Source: Candidatus Margulisiibacteriota bacterium (lineage in GTDB: Bacteria > Margulisbacteria > WOR-1 > O2-12-FULL-45-9). From it: DNA of 64,000 nucleotides. Positions 39,835-48,537 of this stretch are shown piece after piece. The notes under the pieces were generated by a model. That model saw nothing but the letters and a program-made list of their open reading frames with translations. It searched no databases and had not been told where the DNA came from. The DNA is taken from the NCBI GenBank assembly GCA_034723395.1, contig JAYEOW010000029.1:32001-96000 (forward strand). The letters are read 5' to 3'. The stretch's first letter is position 1, and every line of letters starts with the position of its first letter. Made by a program: the position numbers and the translations under genes.

Positions 39835-40731
39835 ATGAAAAAAATAATAGTTGTTAGTTGTCTGTTGTTAGTCGTTAGTTATTTGATAGGCTGCGGATTA
39901 AAGACCGAGACGACCAGATATTTCTACGGTCCGAGTTGGGTAAGGGATGGGAAGGTCATTTTTGTTGGAGAAGTGAATACCGCGGATAAAGACGTGCTTG
40001 GATCTCAGATCGGATCGAGCTATAGTCAATATCTTGCGACGATGTATTCGGCTGGTACCGGAGAGTCATCTTCGCTAATCGACACTACCGCTACTTCAGC
40101 ATATTCGCTAAGTTGTTCTCCGGCGACCGATTACGTCGCTTATATGATCGGTTTGCGGAACGGATTATTCAGCACGATCGTGATCCGCAATATCGCTACT
40201 GGAGTCCATACCGGCCTTGAAATGGTCGAGCTAAATTTTTCACCAGGGATTAAGGCGTTTGACTGGTCGCCGGACGGGGCAAGGTTGGCTTACTGCACAA
40301 CCACAGAGGTTAGGATCGTTGATGTTGATGGGGACAATGATGACCTAGTAATAGCTGAGGCGAATCTTGAATTTGTCTCGTGGCAAAATGGCGGAAGGAT
40401 CGCTTTTGTCCGTGCTTCGGAATCGGACAAATTATTATCGCTGATCTATTCTGACGGATCAGGAAGGGTAGACCTGACGGCCGCCCAATCGGTCGATCTT
40501 CCGCAGATATCTTCGACAAATACGGATGAGGTTTATGGCATAGTATCAGATAGCCTGCAGAAGGTTGACGTTGGTACGACAACTAGAACTGCGGTGATTG
40601 CTTCTGGTTTTACCGGTTCGCTTCCACGGCTTTCTCCTGATGCGACCAAGGTGACCTATAGTAAGACGGGAGAGAATACAGGGGTCTACGTTTATAACCT
40701 TACAACGTCTTTAGAGTCTGAGGTTAAATAG
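39835..40731 (+). CDS. Lipoprotein with a TolB-like/PD40 beta-propeller
   Basis: Lipobox LIGC; WSPDG and LSPDA repeats. Confidence 0.8.
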   Translation: MKKIIVVSCLLLVVSYLIGCGLKTETTRYFYGPSWVRDGKVIFVGEVNTADKDVLGSQIGSSYSQYLATMYSAGTGESSSLIDTTATSAYSLSCSPATDYVAYMIGLRNGLFSTIVIRNIATGVHTGLEMVELNFSPGIKAFDWSPDGARLAYCTTTEVRIVDVDGDNDDLVIAEANLEFVSWQNGGRIAFVRASESDKLLSLIYSDGSGRVDLTAAQSVDLPQISSTNTDEVYGIVSDSLQKVDVGTTTRTAVIASGFTGSLPRLSPDATKVTYSKTGENTGVYVYNLTTSLESEVK

Positions 40732-41959
40732 CCAACGCCTTAAACATAGCTGCGGCTTTATGCAGGGTTTCGTGGTATTCCCGTTCGGGGATCGAGTCTG
40801 CTACTATTCCTGCGCCGACCTGAATATAGGCTTTATCCTCTTTCATTATCATAGTACGGATCGCAATGTTTAGATCGATTTTATCTTTCATGATATATCC
40901 GATCGAGCCGGTATAAATTCCTCGTTTAACCGGTTCCAATTCTTCAATTATCTCCATCGACCTAATTTTAGGGCAGCCGGTAATCGTCCCGCCGGGGAAC
41001 ATCGCCTTGATCAAATCGAATTTATTTTTATCTTTTCTTAATTTACCGACGACATTAGAGACGATATGAATAACATGTGAATACTTTTCGATAATCATTG
41101 ACTCTGTCACTCGAACAGAACCAAACTCACTAATCCTTCCCAAATCGTTCCTTTCGAGGTCGACTAACATAATGTGTTCGGCCCTTTCTTTGGGATCGAG
41201 CAGGAGTTCGTCTTCCTTGGCCGTGATCGGTCGTGTGCCGGCAATTGGCCTGGTTTGCGCGACGCCATTTTCTAGCTTGATCAAACGTTCTGGTGAGCTG
41301 CCGACTATTTTTATTTCGCCAAAATCAAAATATGAAGCGAAGGGAGAGGGATTTATCTTTCGTAATCGTTTGTATATCTCGAACGGATGTTCTTCGATCT
41401 CTTTTTCGAACCTTTGAGATAAGTTTACCTGGTAGATGTCGCCGGATGAAATGTATTCTTTAGCCTGGCGGACGATCTCTTCGAACTCTTCTTTTTTTAG
41501 GTTTGATGTTGGCAGGCTATCCCCATCCCCCTTCCCCCTTAGTAAGGGGGAAGGGGAGAAAGGGGTTAGGGGTTGATTAATTTTATCCGCAATCGCCTTA
41601 GGATTCTTGGCGCGTATCTCAACTTCCTGTTTTTGATGATCAAAAATGGCTAATGTTTCCGGCGCTATAAAATTAACCTTAGGAATTCCTAAATCATCTT
41701 TTGCCAAATTTGGTAGATCCTCGATCTCCCAGGCAAAATCGTAGCTAAAAAATCCAAAGGCGCCGTTTTTTAGGTATGCTTTCTCTAGTTCTTCAAATGA
41801 GGAAATAGTCTGGACAGGATCGATCCCGATAAATGAGTATTGCTCGAGCCTGCCTTGACCGAGGGGACTTTCCAAAAGAAAGGATCCTGGCCCGTTATAA
41901 AGGGATTCAAAGATTGATAATGGTGTTAAATTTTGAGCTTTGAGCTTTAAGTTTTGCAT
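40724..41959 (-). CDS. Anthranilate synthase component I / PabB family chorismate-binding enzyme
   Basis: YQVNLSQ, SSPER, PIAGT, KERAEHIMLVDLERNDL and GAGIVADS motifs. Confidence 0.9.
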   Translation of the reverse strand: MQNLKLKAQNLTPLSIFESLYNGPGSFLLESPLGQGRLEQYSFIGIDPVQTISSFEELEKAYLKNGAFGFFSYDFAWEIEDLPNLAKDDLGIPKVNFIAPETLAIFDHQKQEVEIRAKNPKAIADKINQPLTPFSPSPLLRGKGDGDSLPTSNLKKEEFEEIVRQAKEYISSGDIYQVNLSQRFEKEIEEHPFEIYKRLRKINPSPFASYFDFGEIKIVGSSPERLIKLENGVAQTRPIAGTRPITAKEDELLLDPKERAEHIMLVDLERNDLGRISEFGSVRVTESMIIEKYSHVIHIVSNVVGKLRKDKNKFDLIKAMFPGGTITGCPKIRSMEIIEELEPVKRGIYTGSIGYIMKDKIDLNIAIRTMIMKEDKAYIQVGAGIVADSIPEREYHETLHKAAAMFKALAI

Positions 41960-42018
41960 TTTAAAAGTGAGGTTTGGATGTCCGCTTTTACAGGACTAGG
42001 GCATAACCTAAAATAAAT

Positions 42019-42147
42019 TGGGCCCAGTTGGATTCGAACTCCCTCGACTCACTACGTTCGCTCGGGAGTCTTTGATCACACTCTATTTTACCAATTAATA
42101 TCGAGCGAGTGAAACGAGTCGAGATATGGGCCCAGTTGGATTCGAAC
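42019..42147. repeat. 21-bp duplication of a tRNA 3' end flanking an 87-bp inverted-repeat insert
   Basis: TGGGCCCAGTTGGATTCGAAC at 42019 and 42127; CTCGACTCACTACGTTCGCTCG / CGAGCGAGTGAAACGAGTCGAG arms lie between. Confidence 0.9.
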
Positions 42148-42198
42148 CAACAACCAATCGGTTATGAGCCGAGCGCTCCACCATTGAGCTATGGGCCC
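42127..42198 (-). tRNA. tRNA with CAT anticodon (probably Ile2, lysidine-modified)
   Basis: GGGCCCATAGCTCAATGG...CT-CAT-AA...GTTCGAATCCAACTGGGCCCA. Confidence 0.9.
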
Positions 42199-42261
42199 GT
42201 CGCGAAATTTAAGTCTAGCCTAACTTGCGACGGTAGTCAAGGCGTGGTAAGATTTAGCGAA

Positions 42262-42335
42262 GGGCGGTTAGTTCAGCTGGTTAGAATGCCTCGCTTACAC
42301 CGAGGAGGTCGTAGGTTCGACTCCTACACCGCCCA
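42262..42335 (+). tRNA. tRNA-Val(TAC)
   Basis: CCTCG-CT-TAC-AC-CGAGG anticodon arm; GGTTCGACTCC T-arm. Confidence 0.95.
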
Positions 42336-42356
42336 TTCTAAAGTCGTAGAGCGCGG

Positions 42357-42428
42357 GGGCGTGTAGTTTAGTGGTAGAACGCTTCCTTCACACGGAAGAG
42401 GTCGCAGGTTCGATCCCTGCCGCGCCCA
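42357..42428 (+). tRNA. tRNA-Val(CAC)
   Basis: CTTCC-TT-CAC-AC-GGAAG anticodon arm; GGTTCGATCCC T-arm. Confidence 0.93.
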
Positions 42429-42450
42429 TTCTTACTAAGAGGTGATAAAA

Positions 42451-42618
42451 ATGGGAGAAGAGACCAAAAATGTTGATGATTTATTAAAGCAGATCGGGGA
42501 GTTTGAGAAGACATTAGACGGATTGAAGCAGAATGTCGGGAGTTTAAAGACAAAACTTTTAGAAAGCAAAGAGAAATTCGGCATAGATATCAATAAGTGG
42601 CCGAAAGACGCTCAGTAG
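42451..42618 (+). CDS. 55-aa coiled-coil small protein (not in the ORF track)
   Basis: GAGGTG Shine-Dalgarno; MGEETKNVDDLLKQIGEFEKTLDGLKQNVGSLKTKLLESKEKFGIDINKWPKDAQ; stops 3 nt before the transporter ATG. Confidence 0.7.
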   Translation: MGEETKNVDDLLKQIGEFEKTLDGLKQNVGSLKTKLLESKEKFGIDINKWPKDAQ

Positions 42619-42621
42619 AAG

Positions 42622-44157
42622 ATGGCTGAAAAACGCGAAAAGTGGGGGACCAAGATCGGGGTGATCCTGGCGGTAGCTGGATCAGCCGTCGGTCTCGGAA
42701 ACTTTCTCCGCTTCCCGGTCCAGGCCGCCCAGAACGGTGGCGGCGCCTTCATGATCCCCTATTTCATCTCCTTTCTCCTTTTAGGTATTCCTCTGATGTG
42801 GATCGAATGGGCGATCGGACGGCACGGCGGTCTTTTTGGCCACGGAACTGCCCCTTTTATCTTCAATAAACTGGCCAAGAATAGAATTGTTAAATATCTT
42901 GGAACGATCGGGATCTTTGGCCCGATGGTAATTTTCATCTACTATACATATATTGAATCGTGGCTTCTTGGGTATGCATTTTTTGCGCTGACGGGAAAGC
43001 TCCTTTCGATGGCAACCAGTGATGGGATGAAAGAGTTCCTGACCGCTTATCAGGGATTATCTCCCCAAAGCAATATCTGGACCGCATATGTATTTTTTCT
43101 TGTAACTTTTGGCATAAATTTTTATATTATCCGGCAGGGAATTAAAAAAGGGATCGAAAGGCTGTGTAAAATTGCATTGCCTCTGCTGTTTATGTTTGCG
43201 ATCATTATTGCGGTAAGAGTATTAAGTTTGGGAGCTCCGGTCCCGGGGAATCCAAACTGGAATATCTTAAATGGGATCGGATTTCTCTGGAACGCGGATT
43301 TTTCCGCTTTGACCAACGCCAAAGTTTGGCTGGCTGCGGCTGGCCAGATATTCTTTACCCTTAGCGTCGGTATCGGGGCGATCTTAACTTACGCGAGTTA
43401 TCTGAGCCATGGGGATGATGTGGTCCTCTCCGGCCTAACTTCTGCTTCGATGAACGAATTTGCCGAAGTTATTCTGGGAGGATCGATCGTTATCCCCGCT
43501 GCTTTTGCCTTTTTTGGAATGGTTGGGGCGCAAGAGGTCGCGGCTGGCGGGGCGTTTAACCTTGGCTTTGTAACAATGCCGCTGATCTTCGGACAGATCC
43601 CGTTCGGCCAGGTATTTGCGGTCCTCTGGTTTACCCTTCTGTTTTTAGCGGGAATAACTTCTTCCGTATCGCTGATCGAGCCGGCAGTTGCTTTTGTTAA
43701 AGATGAGTTTAAGCTCGATCGCAAAGCTGCCGTCCGCTGGATAATGATCGTTACCTTTATTCTTTGCCAGTTCCCGGTCTTTTTCCTGGGGCAGGGGGTG
43801 GTGGATGAGATGGACTTTTGGGGAGGGACATTCTGCTTAGTCCTTTTTGCCACGATTGAAACGGTTCTTTTCGTTTGGGTATTTGGGATCGATAAGGCGT
43901 GGGAGGAGATCCATCACGGCTCTGAACTTACTATCCCAAAATTCTATAAATTTATCATGAAATATGTTACCCCGGCATTCTTATTCTTTATCCTCGGTTT
44001 CTGGTTTATCCAGCAGGGAATACCGACAATAATGATGGAAGGGGTGCCGGCGGCAAATGTCCCCTATGTCCTGGCAACCAGGCTGGGGTTGATCGGATTG
44101 TTTGCCGGGCTGGCGATCATGGTTAGGATCGCGTGGAAGAGGAGGCAACAAGTATGA
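42622..44157 (+). CDS. Sodium-dependent NSS/SNF-family transporter (LeuT-like)
   Basis: GSAVGLGNFLRFP, GGGAFMIPY and QIFFTLS motifs. Confidence 0.95.
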   Translation: MAEKREKWGTKIGVILAVAGSAVGLGNFLRFPVQAAQNGGGAFMIPYFISFLLLGIPLMWIEWAIGRHGGLFGHGTAPFIFNKLAKNRIVKYLGTIGIFGPMVIFIYYTYIESWLLGYAFFALTGKLLSMATSDGMKEFLTAYQGLSPQSNIWTAYVFFLVTFGINFYIIRQGIKKGIERLCKIALPLLFMFAIIIAVRVLSLGAPVPGNPNWNILNGIGFLWNADFSALTNAKVWLAAAGQIFFTLSVGIGAILTYASYLSHGDDVVLSGLTSASMNEFAEVILGGSIVIPAAFAFFGMVGAQEVAAGGAFNLGFVTMPLIFGQIPFGQVFAVLWFTLLFLAGITSSVSLIEPAVAFVKDEFKLDRKAAVRWIMIVTFILCQFPVFFLGQGVVDEMDFWGGTFCLVLFATIETVLFVWVFGIDKAWEEIHHGSELTIPKFYKFIMKYVTPAFLFFILGFWFIQQGIPTIMMEGVPAANVPYVLATRLGLIGLFAGLAIMVRIAWKRRQQV

Positions 44158-44261
44158 ATGTTTTTGGCTGGATTTTTATTACTACCTCTTGGGTAATTAT
44201 TATTGCGCTTAATATCTTCTGTTTTTATCGTGTCTTTACCGAACCTGAAGAAGAGCTGTGA
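44154..44261 (+). CDS. 35-aa single-TM peptide, MetS-like NSS accessory subunit (not in the ORF track)
   Basis: MNVFGWIFITTSWVIIIALNIFCFYRVFTEPEEEL; GGAGG Shine-Dalgarno; ATGA and GTGA overlaps on both sides. Confidence 0.7.
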   Translation: MNVFGWIFITTSWVIIIALNIFCFYRVFTEPEEEL

Positions 44262-45064
44262 AGAAGTATCTTGCCTTTTTCCTGTTTTTGTTCTTTGTTT
44301 TATCAATTCCTTCATCCGCGAAGTTTAATTATTTCCCGGTATTGGAATATCACCTGATCAGCCGTCCAGAGGCGCGTTGGAGCCGGTCGCCGGACAACTT
44401 TCGCAAAGATCTCGAATGGCTACATCAAAACAATTACTATCCAATGAACGTAAAAGATATTCTGACCAACTTTAAAGGGTTGCCTAAAGGAAAAAAACCG
44501 GTAGTTCTCACTTTTGACGACTCATCTTCCAGCCAGTTTCGTTATCTAAAGGATGGATCGATCGATCCAAATTGTGCGGTCGGGATTATGAAGGCTTTTT
44601 GCGATAAACATCCGGGCGAATGGCCGATGCGGGCGACCTTTTTTGTGCTGATCGAGACCAACAATCCGGACCGTGATCTTTTTGGCCAGAAAAAATATGC
44701 AAAGAAGAAGTTAAAAGAATTAATCGAGTGGGGGATGGAGGTTGGTGGGCACTGTTATTCGCACGAGCGGTTGAGTGATATCAGCACAAAAGCGGCGAAG
44801 TATGCTTTGGCGCGTTCATCGTATTATTTGGAGAAGATAACCGGACAGAAAATTGTCAGCATGGCGACGCCGATGGGGCTTTATCCAGAGGACGATTCGA
44901 TTTTTTCGGGAAGATACCAAAAGATCAAATATGATTATAAACTGGTTTGTGAAGTAGCGGGCGGATTCCAGGTCGTTCCCTGGTCAAAGAAGTTCAATCC
45001 CCGGCATATTAATCGGATTCAAACGATTTCTTCGGAATGGAAGAAATGGTTTGAGCGGGACTAA
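44258..45064 (+). CDS. Secreted polysaccharide deacetylase (CE4/NodB-like)
   Basis: Signal peptide; VLEYH, VLTFDDS and GHCYSH motifs. Confidence 0.85.
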   Translation: MKKYLAFFLFLFFVLSIPSSAKFNYFPVLEYHLISRPEARWSRSPDNFRKDLEWLHQNNYYPMNVKDILTNFKGLPKGKKPVVLTFDDSSSSQFRYLKDGSIDPNCAVGIMKAFCDKHPGEWPMRATFFVLIETNNPDRDLFGQKKYAKKKLKELIEWGMEVGGHCYSHERLSDISTKAAKYALARSSYYLEKITGQKIVSMATPMGLYPEDDSIFSGRYQKIKYDYKLVCEVAGGFQVVPWSKKFNPRHINRIQTISSEWKKWFERD

Positions 45065-46020
45065 AACCGATACTGTGTTAAGGCCCTAGCCCCGCTTTTA
45101 TTAATGATTTTATGTTTTATTCCGAAGAGAAGGTCCCGACTGGCGGTTGCGGTCGAGATATCTTTGTGGAAAGCCAGGTAGTCTTTTCTGGAAAAAAGCT
45201 TCTTTTGAAAATGGTCCCTGACCGACCTTAACCTGGTTTTTGCCGTCTGGACCTGCGGCCTAATATTGACCAAGAGCTTGCTAACCGCCTGTAAAATAAC
45301 TTTTAACATAAACTCAATGAACCGGGTCGAGTTCCCGGCTTTATCCGCTTCCGCCAGGGATCTATAATATTCTTTTTGTTTTTCGCGGATGATTGATTCG
45401 ACCGGGATATATTCAAAAAGCGGGTGGTATTTGCGTAAAATAACGGTTTGCCAAAGGCGGCCCATTCGCCCGTTGCCATCTGAAAAAGGGTGGATAAATT
45501 CAAGTTCATAATGGAAAACGCTCGATTTTATCAGGGGATTTAAATTGTCTTTTCTTTTTAAGAAATTAAAAAGCTTGCCCATTAATTTTGGGACCAGTTG
45601 ATGCTTGGGGGCCATATGGGCAACTTTTGTCCCTTGAAAAATCCCGACGTTCCTGGAGCGCAGGAAACCCGCGTCTTCGGCCAGGCTGTTCAGTAGCGTT
45701 TGATGAGCTTTAAGTAAAGAATCAAGCCGATTAACCTTATAGCTATGGATTAAATCGTAGGCCATGATGGCATTTTTTACCTCGAGAATGTCTTTTTGTG
45801 GGCCGATCACCCGCTTGTGGTTTACCAGGTCTGTTACCTGTTGTTCGGTTAGCTGGTTTCCTTCAATTGCCAGTGATGAAAAAATTGTTTTTATCCGGTT
45901 TTTTTTGCGCAGCTGCGGTTGAGGGATCGGGCCCTTTAATCCTTCGAACCGGCCCAGGAGGCGGTTGATCTCCGCGCAGAGGTTTAGGCTTCCAGCGGTA
46001 ATTTTGAAAGGTGGATACAT
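45061..46020 (-). CDS. Fic family protein (class II) with a C-terminal HTH
   Basis: SLAIEGN, HPFSDGNGRMGR, C-terminal ISTATASRDL. Confidence 0.92.
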   Translation of the reverse strand: MYPPFKITAGSLNLCAEINRLLGRFEGLKGPIPQPQLRKKNRIKTIFSSLAIEGNQLTEQQVTDLVNHKRVIGPQKDILEVKNAIMAYDLIHSYKVNRLDSLLKAHQTLLNSLAEDAGFLRSRNVGIFQGTKVAHMAPKHQLVPKLMGKLFNFLKRKDNLNPLIKSSVFHYELEFIHPFSDGNGRMGRLWQTVILRKYHPLFEYIPVESIIREKQKEYYRSLAEADKAGNSTRFIEFMLKVILQAVSKLLVNIRPQVQTAKTRLRSVRDHFQKKLFSRKDYLAFHKDISTATASRDLLFGIKHKIINKSGARALTQYRF

Positions 46021-46024
46021 TCCG

Positions 46025-46055
46025 TGATAGTATCATATGATACTATCATAGTCAA
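46025..46055 (-). promoter_or_regulatory. Leaderless sigma70 promoter overlapped by a perfect 24-bp palindromic operator
   Basis: TTGACT-N17-TACTAT-N6-ATG; palindrome TGATAGTATCATATGATACTATCA at 46025-46048. Confidence 0.75.
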
Positions 46056-46074
46056 GCGGTTCGATTGAAAAACA

Positions 46075-46149
46075 TGGTAGCCCCACGGGGAATCGAACCC
46101 CGGTTCTCAGCTTGAAAAGCTGGTGTCCTAACCCCTAGACGATGGGGCC
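46075..46149 (-). tRNA. tRNA-Glu(TTC)
   Basis: GGCCCCATCGTCTAGGGGTTAGGAC...TT-TTC-AA...GGGGCTACCA. Confidence 0.93.
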
Positions 46150-46165
46150 ATGTCAGAACATCGGA

Positions 46166-46185
46166 CCTGCCTGCCGGCAGGCAGG
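46166..46185. repeat. Perfect 20-bp REP-like palindrome embedded in 8-mer tandem repeats
   Basis: CCTGCCTGCCGGCAGGCAGG flanked by AACATCGG, GATATCAG, ATTACCAG and AATATCAG. Confidence 0.8.
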
Positions 46186-46281
46186 ATATCAGATTACCAG
46201 AATATCAGAGGGAATTCAAGTTTTCAAGATTTGCTTGCCATCTCTTTTCCAAATGTTATAATTCTACCCAAGGGAAAACTT

Positions 46282-47484
46282 GTGAATATTCGCTATATTA
46301 TATGCTCATTAATGGTTTTGTTTGTGATTGCCGGCTCATCCTTTTCTGCTACAACCTCTGTCGATCCTCTCCGGATTGGTGTCGGCGCCCGCTCGCTGGC
46401 TATGGGACGGACCAATCTAGTAGCCCCGGGCGATATTAACGCCATCTTTGTTAATCCTGCTAACGCCGCCTATATCGATGGATGGGGATTAACCAGCATG
46501 TACACCTCCCTGATGGATGGAGATATTAACTATACGTTAATGGGTGGGGGAAAGAAGTTTGATTTTGGCGGGATGGGGGTCGCTTACTTGAGCGGTGGAA
46601 CGACCGGGATCTCAGTTACAACCAGAGATGCGAATGGAAGGGTGGTTTCGGCCGGAACAAGCTTTGACTATGCAAATTCGGTGATCGCGTTAAGCTGGGG
46701 TAGGATGCTGCGCGAAAATATTGCCGGCGGCGCTGTCTTAAAATCATTTTCTAAAGGATTTACCGGTGGATATTCATCCGGATCTGGATTTGATCTCGAT
46801 CTTGGGATCCTTTTTAAACCGAGACCAAACCTAACTGCCGGGATCGCGATCCAAAATGTTCTTCCGACCGGTATTTCGTGGAATACGGGGACGAACGAAG
46901 ATGTCCCGATGCTAATTAAGGCAGGATTGACCAGCCGGATAAAAGAGAATATTTTGCTGGCTGCAGATGCAGACCTCTCACCTTTTGCTTTACATAGTGG
47001 GGTGGAGTGGCAATTAAACAGGATGTTTGTCCTGCGCGGCGGATTAGACCAGGTGCCGAGCGGATCTGAGAGCGCTTTAAATCTTGGCGTTGGCGTGGGA
47101 ATAGATTTCCGGCGCTTTAAGTTTGATTACGCTTACTACAAAGATAATACGCTGGATGCGAATTCAACCCATTATTTTACCTTGGGATTTGCCGCTCCAC
47201 AATTTGGGAAGAAAACGAAAAAAAACCTTGACTCCGCTCGGGGGAACCAAGCCCGGGGCAAAGAAGTGAAGAAAAAACTCCCTCCGCCGCCAATTAAAAA
47301 AGTTCCTGAGCCGACGCCGAAACCGCGAATTAAGTCGGTTAAAGAGAAAAAGATCGAGGCTTATATCGATCTTTTAGAAAATAAACTGAGAAGCGCAAAA
47401 AAACCCGCTCGCAGAGTAAAACTAAAATCAATGATCGACCAGCAGAAAGCCCGTCTTGAACAGGTTACTTCAAATACTCCCTAA
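46282..47484 (+). CDS. PorV/PorQ (FadL-like) outer-membrane beta-barrel with a Lys/Pro-rich C-terminal extension
   Basis: Signal peptide; [22 protein letters not shown] and FDYAY motifs. TTGCCA-N16-TATAAT lies upstream of the GTG at 46282. Confidence 0.8.
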   Translation: MNIRYIICSLMVLFVIAGSSFSATTSVDPLRIGVGARSLAMGRTNLVAPGDINAIFVNPANAAYIDGWGLTSMYTSLMDGDINYTLMGGGKKFDFGGMGVAYLSGGTTGISVTTRDANGRVVSAGTSFDYANSVIALSWGRMLRENIAGGAVLKSFSKGFTGGYSSGSGFDLDLGILFKPRPNLTAGIAIQNVLPTGISWNTGTNEDVPMLIKAGLTSRIKENILLAADADLSPFALHSGVEWQLNRMFVLRGGLDQVPSGSESALNLGVGVGIDFRRFKFDYAYYKDNTLDANSTHYFTLGFAAPQFGKKTKKNLDSARGNQARGKEVKKKLPPPPIKKVPEPTPKPRIKSVKEKKIEAYIDLLENKLRSAKKPARRVKLKSMIDQQKARLEQVTSNTP

Positions 47485-48520
47485 GTTTTCGGGCCCGGGT
47501 CGGATGTTTTAATTTCCGCAGCGCTTTGGCTTCGATCTGGCGGATTCGTTCACGTGTAACATTGAATACCCGCCCTACCTCTTCTAACGTCCGCGGATGG
47601 CCGTCGTCCAGGCCAAAACGAAGTTTAAGTACGATCTTTTCGCGCTCAGTAAGGGTGTTCATTACATTTTCAAGATCATCACGCAAAAGCCCTTGCATTA
47701 CGATATCGTCCGGAGCTTGCACGCTCCCATCCTCAACAAAATCGCCCAGACGCGAACTCTCTTCGTCGCCGATCGGCATTTCCAGCGATAGGGGGACCTG
47801 GGAGATCTTGATGATCTCGCGCACCTTTTCTACCGTGATATGTGCTTTCTTGGCAATCTCTTTTTCGGTCGGTTTACGGCCCAATTTTTGCAGCAGCTGG
47901 CGCGAAGTCTTGCGCAGCCGGTTGATGGTCTCGACCATGTGTACCGGGATACGGATCGTGCGCGCCTGGTCGGCAATCGCTCGGGTGATCGCCTGGCGGA
48001 TCCACCAGGTCGCGTAAGTTGAGAACTTGTACCCTTTGCGGTAATCGAATTTCTCAACCGCACGGATCAGGCCAAGATTTCCTTCTTGGACCAGATCGAG
48101 GAAGAGCATTCCGCGGCCGGTATACTTTTTGGCGATCGAGACCACCAATCGCAAATTGGAGTTAACCAGCTTATGTTTGGCGCGGATCTCCATCGCTTTG
48201 ATCTTTTTGGCCAGAACGACCTCTTCTTCTGAGGTTAGAAGCGGGAATTTGCCGATTTCGCGCAGGTACATGCGGACGGTATCATCCACGCCGACCCCTT
48301 TAAGGGCGGCAAGCTCCTTTTTTATCGGTTCGTCTTCTTTATTGTGTTTTACTATCTCCTTTTTTTCGGAGATTTCGATCCCTTTCCCGATCAGTTGCTC
48401 GATCTGGCCGAGATTTTTCTCCGGCTCGGGGATAATCGAAAGGATCTCCTCAGGAGTTAGATAACCCTTGCGGGCTGCGGTTGCTTTTAAGAATTCAAAT
48501 CCATTTCGTTTTGCAATCAT
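47465..48520 (-). CDS. rpoD: Primary sigma factor SigA/RpoD
   Basis: [34 protein letters not shown] and [10 protein letters not shown] motifs; follows dnaG. Confidence 0.97.
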   Translation of the reverse strand: MIAKRNGFEFLKATAARKGYLTPEEILSIIPEPEKNLGQIEQLIGKGIEISEKKEIVKHNKEDEPIKKELAALKGVGVDDTVRMYLREIGKFPLLTSEEEVVLAKKIKAMEIRAKHKLVNSNLRLVVSIAKKYTGRGMLFLDLVQEGNLGLIRAVEKFDYRKGYKFSTYATWWIRQAITRAIADQARTIRIPVHMVETINRLRKTSRQLLQKLGRKPTEKEIAKKAHITVEKVREIIKISQVPLSLEMPIGDEESSRLGDFVEDGSVQAPDDIVMQGLLRDDLENVMNTLTEREKIVLKLRFGLDDGHPRTLEEVGRVFNVTRERIRQIEAKALRKLKHPTRARKLREYLK

Positions 48521-48537
48521 TACATTCCTCCAAATTA

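Noticed and set aside
42109..42553. ORFs 42109-42366 and 42368-42553
   Set aside because: They overlap three tRNA genes and are spurious.
46150..46281. N-terminal extension MSEHRTCLPAGR... of the PorV-like ORF
   Set aside because: It is translated from tandem repeats and a palindrome. The promoter, Shine-Dalgarno and signal peptide point to the GTG at 46282.
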